Part shown: piece after piece, positions 40,677-55,752 of the stretch
How positions within the stretch are numbered: position 1 is the first letter of the stretch
Layout: each line of letters begins with the position of its first letter
NCBI GenBank assembly: GCA_008012175.1
Contig: SSEF01000011.1
Location: 6,413-70,412, forward strand
DNA length: 64,000 nt
DNA from: Candidatus Moraniibacteriota bacterium
Lineage (GTDB): Bacteria; Patescibacteriota; Minisyncoccia; Moranbacterales; UBA1568
Reading direction: 5' to 3'
Made by a program: the position numbers and the translations under genes
Notes under the pieces: generated by a model
Databases searched by the model: none
The model's input: only the letters and a program-made list of their open reading frames with translations
Told to the model about the DNA's origin: nothing

Positions 40677-41894
40677 ATGTCCTTTTCAAAGACTTGGTTC
40701 GGCAGCTCAAAGGCCAAAAAGAGCGCGCGCTCATCGTACGCCTCTACCACCGCCCCGACTTGCCATGTGAAGCGATGCGGGGGCAACGTGTTCAAATTCT
40801 TTCCGAATCGGAAGGCCGCCACAGAAAAGTGGCAAAGTGTCATTCGAAACTGGACCGAGGATGACTTTCTCGTGAAACAAATGCGCCGGGACGACGTGTT
40901 TTACAAGGCCTCGAACATGATTTGCGGGCCGACGAACGCCGGAAAGTCCATGTTCATTTCGTGGTTCCTGCTCAATCTGATGCACGTGCACCGCGACAAG
41001 CGCTTCCTCATCTTCATCTTCTCGGAAACGAGCCAGGCGCTCACCAAACTCGAAGACATTCAATCCATCTTGCTAAAAGACGAACCGCCCCTCGTCGTCT
41101 CCGACTACGACCGAGCGTGCAGCGAGCGCAAGAACCTCACCGTGTGGACCAACAAAATCGAGCAGATCAAGCAGGCGTTCAACACGATCGAGGCCTACTA
41201 CAAGGCCCTGCAAGAGCTGACCGAAAGCGGGGACGTGCCCGCCACCAACTTGCCCCAGCTCGTGTTTAGCAAGCTCCAGCAGGAGAACCGCGATTTCGAC
41301 CTGGGGCTCGTCGAGAAGCTGGCGAGCTTCACCGACTACATCTTCTACTTTGACGACTGCCTCGAGACCGTCCTCAACCCGAAAGCGAACGGGGCCAAGG
41401 AGCTCTTGTCCAAGTTGCAGACAACGAATCGGCACTTTTTCATCACGACCGTGTACAGCTTGCAAAACATCAAAATCAAGTCCGAGGTGTTTTGCGGCAA
41501 CCTCACCAACATGTTTGTGATCGGCCCGTTTAACGAGATCGACACGACCGTCTTTGAAAAATACAACGCCCTGCTAAAGGCCCGTTTCGGCCAGCAGTCC
41601 AACATGGCGCTGTATAACGCCGGGCTCGCCCAGATATTCAAAAAGCCGGCCTACACCGCACAGCTCTTCTCTAAGCGCTTTCCGGACGCCATCTATTGGG
41701 GCATTTTGCCCCTCGAGTACATAAAGAAGATGGAGGCCAAGGAGGCCCGCCGAATCGGATTGAAGCGGAGCGCCAACGAATGCGTCAACGAGCACATGAA
41801 AAATAAGCGGCCCGCCCTCCGCCCGTCGGTCCCCTCGGCCTCTTCGGCCTCCCCGGCGACGATAATAAAAACCATAAAGCTCAATAATAAATAA
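40677..41894 (+). CDS. A32/FtsK-HerA-like DNA packaging ATPase.
   Basis: Walker A ICGPTNAGKSMF and Walker B IFYFDDC are present, with the downstream NRHFFITT / VFCGNLTNMFVIG arrangement typical of NCLDV A32 and polinton/adenovirus packaging ATPases. The N-terminal CHVKRCGGNVFKFFPNRKAATEKWQ is a zinc-finger-like (THAP-like F-x-FP...W) stretch. Confidence 0.65.
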   Translation: MSFSKTWFGSSKAKKSARSSYASTTAPTCHVKRCGGNVFKFFPNRKAATEKWQSVIRNWTEDDFLVKQMRRDDVFYKASNMICGPTNAGKSMFISWFLLNLMHVHRDKRFLIFIFSETSQALTKLEDIQSILLKDEPPLVVSDYDRACSERKNLTVWTNKIEQIKQAFNTIEAYYKALQELTESGDVPATNLPQLVFSKLQQENRDFDLGLVEKLASFTDYIFYFDDCLETVLNPKANGAKELLSKLQTTNRHFFITTVYSLQNIKIKSEVFCGNLTNMFVIGPFNEIDTTVFEKYNALLKARFGQQSNMALYNAGLAQIFKKPAYTAQLFSKRFPDAIYWGILPLEYIKKMEAKEARRIGLKRSANECVNEHMKNKRPALRPSVPSASSASPATIIKTIKLNNK

Positions 41895-41901
41895 AGTTTA
41901 T

Positions 41902-44035
41902 TTAAAAAAAGACAAAATAGTTTTGGATTTGCACGTGGACTCGTCCGCGGTCCGGCGTCCATTCCATTATTTTTGGAGGAGGAGGCGCCGACGGCGGATG
42001 CTCGCGAGGCCCTTCTTGCGGCTCTTGTTGCTGCTCTTGTAGCCTAAACTGCTCTTGTTGCTGCTCTTGTAGCCTAAACTGCTCTTGTTGCTGCTCTTGT
42101 TGCCTAAACTGCTCTTGTAGCCTAAACTGCTCTTGTTGTTCCTCTTGTTGTAGATCTTGCTGCACCAGCTGCTGCGCACGCTGTTCCCTGGAATCGCACA
42201 TGCGCTCGGCGATAATATAAATCAAATCGTTCCAAAATCGCTGCTGCGCTCCCAACATATGAGACAGGCCGGTCTCAATGAGCTTGGCATGGCCCAGGGC
42301 GTGATGTATCGAGAAGGCTTGTTCCAGTAAATGCACGTTTAGCCGTCTCGGGTCTTCATCCGCCTGGTTTGTAGTCTCCACCGTCTCCTCTACCTCCTCT
42401 ACCTCTACTTCCGCCACTCCCTTGTGTTCCGTCGGTCTCGCTTGCTCCGCCACCGGATCCGCCACTCGCTCTGCTGACGGCGGGAAAATTCGGTCCATAA
42501 TCTCAAATTTCCGTCCCAACGCTCCGGCCAAATCTCGAACGGCCTCGTCCCTCGCCAGGTTGGCCAGGTTGGAGCCCAAGTGAGCCACTTGGATCGGACG
42601 GCTCGGAGGTTTCGGATGGCGAGCCATTCGGTAAAACGACGGCACGTCCAAATTGCACCACTTGCTGCTCTTCAAGTGTTCGCGGTGCCGAGAAAAAAGC
42701 CGCTCGACGCTAGGCTCGGCCAAAAAATCGTCGGCCGGCATGAGGGGCGAGAAGAGGCGGCGGAAAGGCATAATCACTTGGACGCGGACCTGCATGATAA
42801 AGTCATACAATTGAGCGTTAAAAGCGAACGAGAACGTCTCGTCCTTGTCGTCTTGATAAACGAATTTCTTGAGCGCCGACTTGAAGCGGGTCTTTGATTT
42901 GGCGTGGTTAAACTGTTTCTTGACGCACGCTCGAATCTCTGCCGCGTTCATCTCCAAATCGTACCAGGCCGGCGAGACGATGAGTTTCGGCAAATCGGCC
43001 TCGAAGCGGGTAAACCTAAAAGAGAAAGAGATGTAATGAGCGACTCGTTTTAGAGCGAGAAGGCCGACAAGGATTACCAGTCTTCGAAAAGGCATAGATC
43101 GTCGTGCAACTTTAGATTCGAGTTGTCATCGATATTGATGAAGGAGGCCACTTTGTGTTTGCACATGCGGTCGACCGCTTCAAATAGCTCGTTAATGTTG
43201 CGATAAAACTCGAAAGCCTCCCGCTTCGCCTCTCCTGCTCCGGCGGCCTCCTTCACCACCCTCGCCTCTCCTGCTCCTGCTCCCTTCGCTACTTTCGCCA
43301 TCTTCGCCGGCCTCGCTCCTCGCTCTGGCCAAAGCAGAGCCATAGTGGTCAGGTGAGTCTTTTTTGTGAAACCCAATCTGGAACCAAGAGGAGCCAGTTT
43401 CTCGGCACAATTTATCAGTCGGCTCGCACAATGCTCTATATATGAAAAAAAAAAAGAGAGAAAGGTAAGTAAAATGTGGAGAAAAAGAAAGGAGAAGGAG
43501 GGTAGGGCTAACTTTGGATTAGATTGGCCAGATTCTTTTTGATTTCGGCTAGTAAAATAAAAGCCTGCTTGGCACGTATATCCAGTCCAGCCATCAAGTC
43601 GAAGACCATGTCGAGCGAGCACGACAGCTGCCCGTCGTGAGGACGGTTCTTTTTATTTCGTCTATCGGTGGTCTCGGGAACATTGCCCTTTTTCTGCGGC
43701 CGAGGCTGACTGCTGGGCTGGCTGTTGAGTTGGCTGTTGGGCTGGCTACGGGACTGGCTGCTGGGCTGGCTGTTGAGTTGGCTGTTGGGCTGGCTACGGG
43801 ACTGGCTGCTGGGCTGGCTACGGGGCTGGCTACGGGACTGGCTGCTGGGCTGGCTGTTGAGTTGGGGCTGGCTACTGGGCTGGCTGTTGAGTTGGCTGTT
43901 GAGTTGGGTGGATTGGTCACTAAACTGCCTGGACCAACCAGACCGCCGTTTGTAAGACAGCCGCCGTTTTATGCTAGTTGCGGCTGCGGCATTACCGCTT
44001 CCGCAGTTGTTGATGTTTCCTTTCGTCGTAGTCAT
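41902..44035 (-). CDS. Hypothetical protein, proposed 3-exon gene (44035..43513, 43435..43078, 43015..41902).
   Basis: ORFs 43508..44035, 43074..43622 and 41902..43095 each end in a stop that overlaps a GT donor (AAAG|GTTAGC and TG|GTAATCC). Each is followed by a pyrimidine tract and an AG that restores an open frame in the next ORF. The products include SQPxSQ repeats and a QQEQFRLQEQ repeat. Confidence 0.4.
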
Positions 44036-44106
44036 GTTGTATATAAATGTATGTGCAAGTTTTATTGCAACTCGTTAAAATTTACTTTCTTATATAGAAA
44101 AGGAAA

Positions 44107-45831
44107 ATGCAAAAAAGCAGCACAAACATCCACAAACTTGCCGCGATCGTGCTAAAAGTAAACAACCTCCAGGCGCATTTGCCGCGCCTACGCAATGTGT
44201 CTACCAACTTTAAGGACGAGGCGGCTTTGGACTGGTACCGAGCGGTATCCCTCCTCGAAACACCCGTCATGCATGTGACCTGCCCCATCTCGGATCTCAT
44301 GATCAAGTACCGAACGGAATTCTACAGTAGCAGATATCTGCCGCCCGTCGACGACGATTTTTGCCAGGAGGCCCGCCTCGTCTACTCGACGGAATTTTTG
44401 GGTCTTGGCCATAATGTGGCCGACGTGCTGCGGCGCTCCATCGAGATTCAAGAGGCGCCGCGACTCGTTCGAGTGCCCCGGGGCAAGGTCTTTGACGTGC
44501 CACTCCACCCTTTTCACGATACGTTAGTTGTGGCCGTGCACAATAATTGCTCCCGCGTTCGCTTTTGCTGGTCCGAGGCCTCTGAGCTCCCCGTTCATCT
44601 CAAAGACTTTAAATCGCATGCCGTCGTCTTGTCCGCCAGCAACGGCCTGAGCCACGGGCGGATCGTCTTTGAAGGAGGCCCGGCCGAGTCGAGTCTCTTT
44701 TTGGTAACAAACATCCGATCGATGGTGAGTGAGGCCGCCCGACCGCCGCCTCCAGACACCGAACCGCCCTCCCCGTCCAACACAGAGACATGGCTGCGGT
44801 GCAATCAAACGAGGGAGGAGCAGGAGGTGGGGCACTCAAACGGGGAGCTGATCGCCGTGGCGAGTGTCCTGCGTAAACTACGGCGCGTCTCGTCGAATTG
44901 GCAACGCTTAGCTCAGTACCGGGCCAAGTTGCGTCTCCCGTTGCGGCTAGACGAGGGACTCGATTGTGATTACGACGAGCTCAATCGCGAGCTTAGTGCC
45001 AAGAGAAAGAGGGTCGCCGAGGCAGAAGAGGAGGAGGGGCAGCCGCTGAGCAAAAGGGTGGCGCTGAGCAAAAGGGTGGCGCGGCAGTTTTTTGATGACG
45101 AGGAGAAGGAGACAGGAGAGGCCGAGGAAAGGGAGGAGAGGCAAGAAGCGAAAGAAAGGGAGGAGAGGCAAGAGGCGAAAGAAAGGGAGGAGAGGCAAGA
45201 GGCCGAGGAAAGGGAGCTGCAAGAGAGGCAAGAAAAGGAAGACGAGGAGGATGAGGAGGATGAGGGAGCCGACAGGTGGAGCAGCAACTCGTTTAGTCCG
45301 CCCACATCAAACACTACTTTTGACAGCGAGTCGGACGATAGTTTTTACGAGCGAGACTTGTTGTCCTCCCGATACACATTGTATGGCAAGTCGATTGCCT
45401 ACTCATCCGAGCATTTCACCTACTCGCCGCGTAGCTACAGCCACACGAACGGAGGCGGCGAAAAGGTCTACAATGTGGACCTTTTCAAAAGATGTCTCGA
45501 TGACGCCAACAAGAAAGACTACACCCATTTGCTTATTGTTCCGGCCGGCCGAGACGGAGCCGTCCATGAGTTTATACGGAGCCTGGCCGGCGGGGCCGAC
45601 AAAATATCGGTGCTTTTGGACCTGGCCACCTGCCAAATTTTCACCTGCCCCCAAGACCTGCAAGAGATTTTCAGAGACGAGGCCGCCGCGGCCGAAGAGT
45701 CTGAGGCCGACAAGGTCCTGGTCTCCCCCGAATCTCGGGTGCTGCTCGTGTTTCCCCGGCAGCTCGCCAACTTTGAGGCTGTCAAGCCGCCCCAACTAAT
45801 CTCTTTGGAAGCGTTTTTAATAAAAATTTAA
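44107..45831 (+). CDS. Hypothetical protein with REERQEAKE repeats.
   Basis: 574-aa ORF. GTATATAAATG lies upstream. AATAAA follows the stop. Confidence 0.5.
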   Translation: MQKSSTNIHKLAAIVLKVNNLQAHLPRLRNVSTNFKDEAALDWYRAVSLLETPVMHVTCPISDLMIKYRTEFYSSRYLPPVDDDFCQEARLVYSTEFLGLGHNVADVLRRSIEIQEAPRLVRVPRGKVFDVPLHPFHDTLVVAVHNNCSRVRFCWSEASELPVHLKDFKSHAVVLSASNGLSHGRIVFEGGPAESSLFLVTNIRSMVSEAARPPPPDTEPPSPSNTETWLRCNQTREEQEVGHSNGELIAVASVLRKLRRVSSNWQRLAQYRAKLRLPLRLDEGLDCDYDELNRELSAKRKRVAEAEEEEGQPLSKRVALSKRVARQFFDDEEKETGEAEEREERQEAKEREERQEAKEREERQEAEERELQERQEKEDEEDEEDEGADRWSSNSFSPPTSNTTFDSESDDSFYERDLLSSRYTLYGKSIAYSSEHFTYSPRSYSHTNGGGEKVYNVDLFKRCLDDANKKDYTHLLIVPAGRDGAVHEFIRSLAGGADKISVLLDLATCQIFTCPQDLQEIFRDEAAAAEESEADKVLVSPESRVLLVFPRQLANFEAVKPPQLISLEAFLIKI

Positions 45832-45905
45832 AAAACAACTCGTTTCTCTTGTTTCTCTTTTTATTAAATTTTACAATACACAAAAACGAAGAAGAGGGCA
45901 CACTC

Positions 45906-46775
45906 TTATCGCCGAGACACATAAAAAATGTCAACGAGCAAGAGGACACAGCATAGCATGCTAGGCCAGCGCATGGCCGTGGTGAAGAAGATGTTGGCCG
46001 AGTAGTCGACAAATTCGCGGATCGCGCCACTAAAAATCAGGATGATGCCCACCGCCAGGATGATCCAGTTTTTGGCGGCGGGGCTCTGCCACCGTATGGC
46101 GAACCAAATAACGAGCCAGAGGCCGAGCGCTACCATGAGGTAGTTTTGAATGTTGGGAAAGTTGAGGCCCACTAGAGAAGTGAGCAGGATGGCCAGGATG
46201 AGCCACCATTGAATGTTTACTTGCTGTATCTGCTGCCAAGCGGCCATGCTTGTGAGTTGGCGGGGCATGAATTGCGGGAAGGCTAGCTGCACGATGAGAA
46301 TGATTGTGACGAGCCAAACAAGCAGACCGATGACGCTCAGGAGCCAGATGAGGATGCTGTTTTGAATGTACTGCTCGATGGCCGAGCCGATGAGCGCGTA
46401 CAGAACGTCCTGTTCGACCGTCGTGTTACCGCCCCCGCCGCCGCTGCTGCCGCCGCTGCAACGAAAAACTTGCCCGGGCGCGACGTAGCCCGCCCCGAGG
46501 TCACCCCTTTCTTCCACGACATCGCGATTGGCGGTAAAATGAGCCTGAGTGTACCGCGCGTCTAGGCCTGAGCCGTTGAATTTCCCAGAAATGTTGGGGT
46601 CCCAGTCACGCGGCTGGGATAGCTCGGCGGCCGGGGCTGGAAGGGACCGGTAGTCCATCCCGTCGCCAGTGTACGAATAGGACGGCGGGCCTTTGATGAG
46701 CGGGATCGAGTTGTTCGGGTAGACAATGTCCCGATTCGTCTTGTAACGTAATTTTAGTTTGTCGAGGATCTGCAT
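45906..46775 (-). CDS. Multi-pass membrane protein.
   Basis: 289-aa ORF with about 4 hydrophobic helices (ILIWLLSVIGLLVWLVTIILIV, WWLILAILLTSLVGL, LMVALGLWLVIWFAI, WIILAVGIILIFSGA). Confidence 0.5.
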   Translation of the reverse strand: MQILDKLKLRYKTNRDIVYPNNSIPLIKGPPSYSYTGDGMDYRSLPAPAAELSQPRDWDPNISGKFNGSGLDARYTQAHFTANRDVVEERGDLGAGYVAPGQVFRCSGGSSGGGGGNTTVEQDVLYALIGSAIEQYIQNSILIWLLSVIGLLVWLVTIILIVQLAFPQFMPRQLTSMAAWQQIQQVNIQWWLILAILLTSLVGLNFPNIQNYLMVALGLWLVIWFAIRWQSPAAKNWIILAVGIILIFSGAIREFVDYSANIFFTTAMRWPSMLCCVLLLVDIFYVSRR

Positions 46776-46827
46776 TGGGGATGTTTGTCTGAAACTGACA
46801 AAATTTCGATTATGGTCGCCAAATTCA

Positions 46828-47406
46828 TCACGTGCCTAAATTATCTTCATTTTGTCGGCCCGGGGCTCTTCGAGCGCGGCCGAGTGTGCACGGGGAGCAT
46901 TTTAGTTCGGCGATCACAGGAAAAACCTGCTGCTCTGCGTCGTAATAGTAAGCGAGCCGCGGTGGCCGACTTGACATGCCGTGGAGGCGCGGCCACACGT
47001 TCCTCGTCAACTCCAGTTCCCGGGCCCGGCACTGCTCCGAGCGCGCGAGTACCTCGCTTCCGGTCGCGCGGCGCGCTTGCGGCAGGTCCAGCGAGAATTG
47101 AATGAAATAGGTGGAGCGGTGTCGGCCAATACTTTGGATTTCGAGACAAATTGGCCGCTCCGCTCCGCCACAGGGCGTCCGGCGGAGGTCGTGGTAAGCG
47201 GCCAGAGCGGTTCGGAGACAGGCTGGCCTTCGGTAGTAGGCCACGATTGAGTTGGGACGCGCAGGGAGCGTGGCCTCGTCGATGAGCGACACGGGGAAAT
47301 CGTAACTCTGGAGTTTATCGTCCGGGTGCTGCCGCCGCGACCGTGGCCCGGGTTCTAGCCCGGCCATGAAGTCGGCGAATAGCAGCGCTTCCTGGCTTCT
47401 AACCAT
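46828..47406 (-). CDS. Hypothetical protein.
   Basis: 192-aa ORF. It is followed upstream by a (GA)n spacer. Confidence 0.4.
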   Translation of the reverse strand: MVRSQEALLFADFMAGLEPGPRSRRQHPDDKLQSYDFPVSLIDEATLPARPNSIVAYYRRPACLRTALAAYHDLRRTPCGGAERPICLEIQSIGRHRSTYFIQFSLDLPQARRATGSEVLARSEQCRARELELTRNVWPRLHGMSSRPPRLAYYYDAEQQVFPVIAELKCSPCTLGRARRAPGRQNEDNLGT

Positions 47407-47469
47407 GTTAGAGAGAAAGAGAGAGCGAGAGAGACAGAGAGAGAGAGAGAGTAAAGCAACAAGAGTTTT

Positions 47470-49064
<1,595 letters not shown>

Positions 49065-49121
49065 GTTTTTGTTTGCATAAAATAATTTTATTTTAGAAAA
49101 AAAAGAAAAAACGGCTCCGTT

Positions 49122-51552
49122 TTATATGTATTGGCGCGCGTGCGCAATCGCATTCTCGTAAAACCTCTCAAAATTATACGTATTCGTGCCGTGCACGAGC
49201 TCTTGTGTTTTTTCTGCTCGAGGCTGCGCGGGCGCGCGCTTCTTCCCAGGGGAGACAGTTTCGGCCAGGTTGACGACAAAGCCTCCGCGGCGAGAGCACG
49301 GCATAAAGAAGTCGTAGACGGCCAAGCTGCAAAGGCGAAACCATTGAGACGAGACTGAAAGAGAGGGTAAGAGAGAAAAATGTATTTGTGAGAGAAGGAG
49401 GAGAGTGAAACTTACCGGAGAGACGGCGCGCCTCACATTTACGCGCCATTTCGAGATTTTGCGTGAGCAATTTGTACTCGGAAAAGAACCAGACCCGGCT
49501 GAGACCGATCATGAACACGACGAAATAGTTGGTCAAGTGGCCGCAGATGCGCAGGAAACACGATATGCTATCGCGGCCGGTGCCACTGCTAATCACCTCT
49601 CGGTCTGTGTCGTAGAGGCCGCAAATGTGTTTGTTTTGCAAAAAACAAGAGCGCATCTTGGACCACACCTCGAGCGCGCCCGTCAGGTTCTCTTTGGGCA
49701 GGAGGCCGCTAGGACTGTTCCTCATCGAGTCGCTCAAGAGTTGCTTAAAGTTGTTCTCGAGAAACGAACAAAACGGCCGATCGAAGAATGTGAGCCAGCG
49801 GTTGGAAAGGGCGCAATCCAGTTCCTCTATCGTGTGCAACAAGCGAGCTAGTGTGAGAGAGGGAGACGGCAAACTTAGAGTTTGTGAGAGAGTGTGTGTT
49901 GAAGAATAAGTACTTACCCGGCGGGGCGGCGGAGGCCGTCAGGGCCGTTTTGCTCACATTCTGAAACTCGAATAACGAGAGGCTCACTTTTTGGTCGAGA
50001 CTGAGCAGACCCCCGCCACCGCTCGTTTCGGGCGGCTGTTCTTTGAGGGGTCCGTCCACGAATTTGAGGAGGGCCGCTTCGGCGGTAAAGACGGGCGGCT
50101 CGGTGAATTGCACGATAAAAATTCGCAAAATATTGTTCACGAGAGCCAAGTGCTTCCGAGCGGCGGCCCCGTCCGACTTGATGCCGTCGAGATAGCACAT
50201 CCAATAGGCAAAAACGCATGTCAAGGGCAACTCGTTCATAATCAAAGCCAATTCCTCGGCTCCTCTAACCGCCGTGTCCACTGCCTCGGCTCCTCTAACC
50301 GCCGTGTCCACTGCCTTGGCTCCTCTAACCGCCGTGTCCACTGCCTTGGCTGCCTCGTTTCCGTCCACTGCCTTGGCTGCCTCGTTTCCGTCCACTGCCT
50401 TGATCGCCGTGCTCGCCACGTTCGCCGACTCGCCGCGTTCGCCGACTCGCCGTTTCTTGGCCGGACCCTCACCACTGTTCACGCTCCTCTTATCTGCCAC
50501 TGCCTCCACGTTCCTTTTATTTGCTCCCGTCTCCGGGGCCTCCGTCTCAGAGTCATCGCAATAGTCAATCTTCCGTTTCAGAGGATGACGGGGCGGCAAG
50601 GGCGTCTTCACCACTCCGAGCGGCCCTCGGTACCAGAGAAAGACGGACTCGAACGCCTGGCGCAGATACCGAATGTCAAAGAACGAGCACGAAATGTAGT
50701 CGTTGGCCGAGAGCATGGCATATACCTTCAACGCTAGCCTAAACACATACTCGCGCTCGATCCGCGAATAGGTCCGTGCAAGCCTATCCGAAAGTTCGTC
50801 CAAGTCTTTGATGACCGGATGGCTGTGGTTGATGGCCGCGTTCAGCAGAAAAACCTCGCTCTCGCCGTACTCCGAGCGCCGTATCGAATAGACTCCGGCG
50901 CGCTGGCAGGACGGGAAAAACGACACGAAATCGGTGTCGTCCGAGAAGATCGAGATCCGGCTGACAAAAGTGTTTTGCAGGCTCGAGTCGGGTGAAACGA
51001 GCACGAGCTCCCGCGTGCCGCGCTCTTCTTCTTGCTCGAGCAATTGGTGGCATCGCGACACGATATACTCGTCCGTGTCCATTTCGGCCTCTTTGATCTT
51101 GATGAGCCCGACCGCGTTCTCGTCGTACTGGGAGTAGCGCAGGTGCAGGGCCGCGCGAAGCTCCTCGAGATAGTACTCGAGCATAGCATAGTCCGCCTCG
51201 ACCCGTACGTCTTTGGACGTGCGCACATTGGTTTCGGCGCGTCGGTAGCAGCGCCACATTTTCATAAAGTTGCGCGAGAACTTGCTGTCAAAAATGAGCT
51301 CGATCGTGCGAGCCTCTTGCCTATACAGATCGTCGGACTTGAGCAGCTCGAATTGGAGCAGATCGGCGCACACAAAGTCCACAAATTCGGCGCTAAATTC
51401 GCTCGTAGTGAGGTTGGCGAAGCGAGCGCCCATTTGATGCGTGCGCAGTTTCAGCCAGTAGAGGTTGGCGTCGATAAACACATGGCTCGACGACGCTTTC
51501 GGCACCTTGACTTGGCTGGCGGTGAATAAATCATTGAAGCCGACAATTCCCA
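49122..51552 (-). CDS. FEN1/XPG-family nuclease of about 760 aa, 3 exons (51552..49918, 49847..49416, 49354..49122).
   Basis: The N-domain is MGIVGFNDLF...HVFIDANLYWLKL. The I-domain is ELVLVSPDSSLQNTFVSRISIFSDDTDFVSFFP (compare GKVYAAATEDMDCLTFG). The introns are 70 nt (G|GTAAGT...CACTAG) and 61 nt (G|GTAAGT...CTTTCAG), and both junctions preserve the frame of the ORF-track pieces. CTTATATAATTTG lies about 47 nt upstream and is shared with PolB. Confidence 0.6.
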
Positions 51553-51594
51553 TCGCAATAACAAAACACACAAAACTTCTTGACAACACGATAC

Positions 51595-51612
51595 AAATTA
51601 TATAAGAGAGAG
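51595..51612. promoter_or_regulatory. Palindromic TATA element (TTATATAAG) between the divergent FEN1-like and PolB genes.
   Basis: It lies about 47 nt from the FEN1 ATG (51552, minus) and about 76 nt from the PolB ATG (51682, plus). Confidence 0.5.
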
Positions 51613-51681
51613 AGGAATTGTGTGTATTTGTGTGAAAAGCACAGAGTGTGGGGGAAGAAAATTTGCTTTTTATGGGAGAAA

Positions 51682-54047
<2,366 letters not shown>

Positions 54048-54075
54048 AATTTAAAAAACTCTCAAATCTTTATTT

Positions 54076-54714
54076 TTAAAATTGTTTCGATTCGCTGCCG
54101 CCGCCGCCGTGCTGCATCAAGTAGAAGCAGTAGCGGCAAGGGTACGTCTGGCACGTGTTGTTGTTTTGCTCGGCGATAAACGCCAAGTGCGGGGGCAAGA
54201 CGTGCTCTGGCGAGCTCTGATTGATGCAGCACTGGGCCACGACCGAGCTCAGGTTATACGTGGCCACGATGAGTTCGTGGATAGTGTCATTGTTGTAGTA
54301 GCGGCACTCAAACTGCTCGGCGCGGGCGGACTCGAGGGTCGAGACCGTCGAGCCGAGCCAGTTCCACGACGCAGCCTTCTGTAGAATGTGCGAGAGCGCT
54401 TGCGAGTCGTTGTGGTTGACAAAAACGAGTGTGATGAGGGCGGCGAGGAGAATGAGCATGCGCGGCGAGAGAACTTGCAGCACTTCGCCGACAAACTTGC
54501 GGCAGCAAACTCCCCACCCATCACCGGCTTGCGGCGGCGTTCCGTCTGAGACTTGGTGGTAGCGCACCGATCTCTTCTTGCCCCGGCGGCCGTCGACAAG
54601 GGGCTCCATTTCGACGGCGGCGGCAGCAGAGGCTGCAGTAGCAGCAGCAGGCGGCTTCGGTGCCGTCGTGGCCAAATAGATGGGCGGCTGTTGTTTCTCC
54701 TCCCTTGCGGCCAT
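54076..54714 (-). CDS. Type II membrane glycoprotein-like protein.
   Basis: Probable start MAAREEK. It has a cytoplasmic basic segment, the TM helix MLILLAALITLVFV, and a Cys-rich ectodomain with N-x-S/T sites. Confidence 0.45.
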   Translation of the reverse strand: MAAREEKQQPPIYLATTAPKPPAAATAASAAAAVEMEPLVDGRRGKKRSVRYHQVSDGTPPQAGDGWGVCCRKFVGEVLQVLSPRMLILLAALITLVFVNHNDSQALSHILQKAASWNWLGSTVSTLESARAEQFECRYYNNDTIHELIVATYNLSSVVAQCCINQSSPEHVLPPHLAFIAEQNNNTCQTYPCRYCFYLMQHGGGGSESKQF

Positions 54715-54768
54715 AAATTCTCGAGTCACAAGAGAAAGCGGCGACTGAACTAGAGATAGCAAGACGAA

Positions 54769-55752
54769 ATGTCCAGTGAACAAGAATTTTACACAAACCT
54801 CAGTAGGCTATGGTCTCCCTCGAGCAAAAGCTTTTCGATAGATCCGGGCGTTAGAAATTTTGGCTTTTCGAGTCTCGAGTCGCTCACTCACTTGTGCCTC
54901 GACTACGACTCGTTTGCAAATTTAGAGAGAAATTTACCCAAACTTTTCCGCAGCCTGTTTGCAGTCATCGATCCGTCGACGGCCGTTTTCTATATTGAAA
55001 ACCAACGGGCCTCGTGCCAGAACCAACGTATCGAATGGCTGACCCGGGGCATCCTCCACGCCCTAGGAGCCGGCCGCGTCATAGGCGTCGCGCCGTTCAC
55101 TCGAAACAAATGGTGTCGTCTCGAGCTGGATTGGACCTATGTAAAGTGTAGTACGCGGAAAGCCTTCAAACTGGCTCACGACACGAATCCCAAGTTCCGG
55201 CAACTCGTAACGGGCTGGAAGCGGTACCATATAAATATTCCCGCATTGCAACTCAAAGCAACACAAAATATTTTCGAACTCGCCAAATCGGACGAATTTG
55301 TGGACACTGTGCTCTTGTTGGCTATCAATGCGCGTAAAAAAGTGCCCCGTCAAAAACTCTCTTCTAACGAGCCTCGCAAGATTAAGCGCCTCGCCAATAC
55401 CAGACGGATCAGTAAGGAAAAGACTGCCACATCCGCGGCCGCTGCCGCAACCTACTCTCCAACAACTGCAGCAAGCGCATCAACAACACACTCTACAGCA
55501 ACAACAAGCTCAACAGCGGCAGCCGCACGCTCTACAGCAACAACAAGCTCAACAGCGGCAGCCGCACGCTCTACAGCAACAACAACAGCGGCAGCCGCAC
55601 GCTCTACAGCAACAACAAGCTCAACAGCGGCAGCCGCACGCTCTACAGCAACAACAACAGCGGCAGCCGCACGCTCTACAGCAGCAAACATTGTGGCAAG
55701 ATGGGCAGCAGCAACTTCAAGCAGAGAGGCCGAGACAAAAGAGGCCTGCTGA
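54769..55752 (+). CDS. RuvC-like Holliday-junction resolvase (poxvirus A22 / Ydc2 family) followed by a S/T/A repeat tail. The 3' end is uncertain.
   Basis: SFSIDPGVRNFGFSSLE matches the RuvC motif I (GIDPGxxxxGxAV). AVFYIENQ matches the motif with the catalytic Glu. The tail derives from 39-nt tandem repeats and overlaps the TBP-like ORF in another frame. Confidence 0.5.
   Translation: MSSEQEFYTNLSRLWSPSSKSFSIDPGVRNFGFSSLESLTHLCLDYDSFANLERNLPKLFRSLFAVIDPSTAVFYIENQRASCQNQRIEWLTRGILHALGAGRVIGVAPFTRNKWCRLELDWTYVKCSTRKAFKLAHDTNPKFRQLVTGWKRYHINIPALQLKATQNIFELAKSDEFVDTVLLLAINARKKVPRQKLSSNEPRKIKRLANTRRISKEKTATSAAAAATYSPTTAASASTTHSTATTSSTAAAARSTATTSSTAAAARSTATTTAAAARSTATTSSTAAAARSTATTTAAAARSTAANIVARWAAATSSREAETKEAC

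Noticed and set aside
41902-43095. MPFRRLVILVGLLALKRVAHYISFSF... as the N-terminus of ORF 41902..43095.
   Set aside because: Residues 7-26 are read-through of a pyrimidine-rich intron (GTAATCC...TCTTTTAG). The ATG is most likely not a real start; it belongs to the upstream exon's frame.
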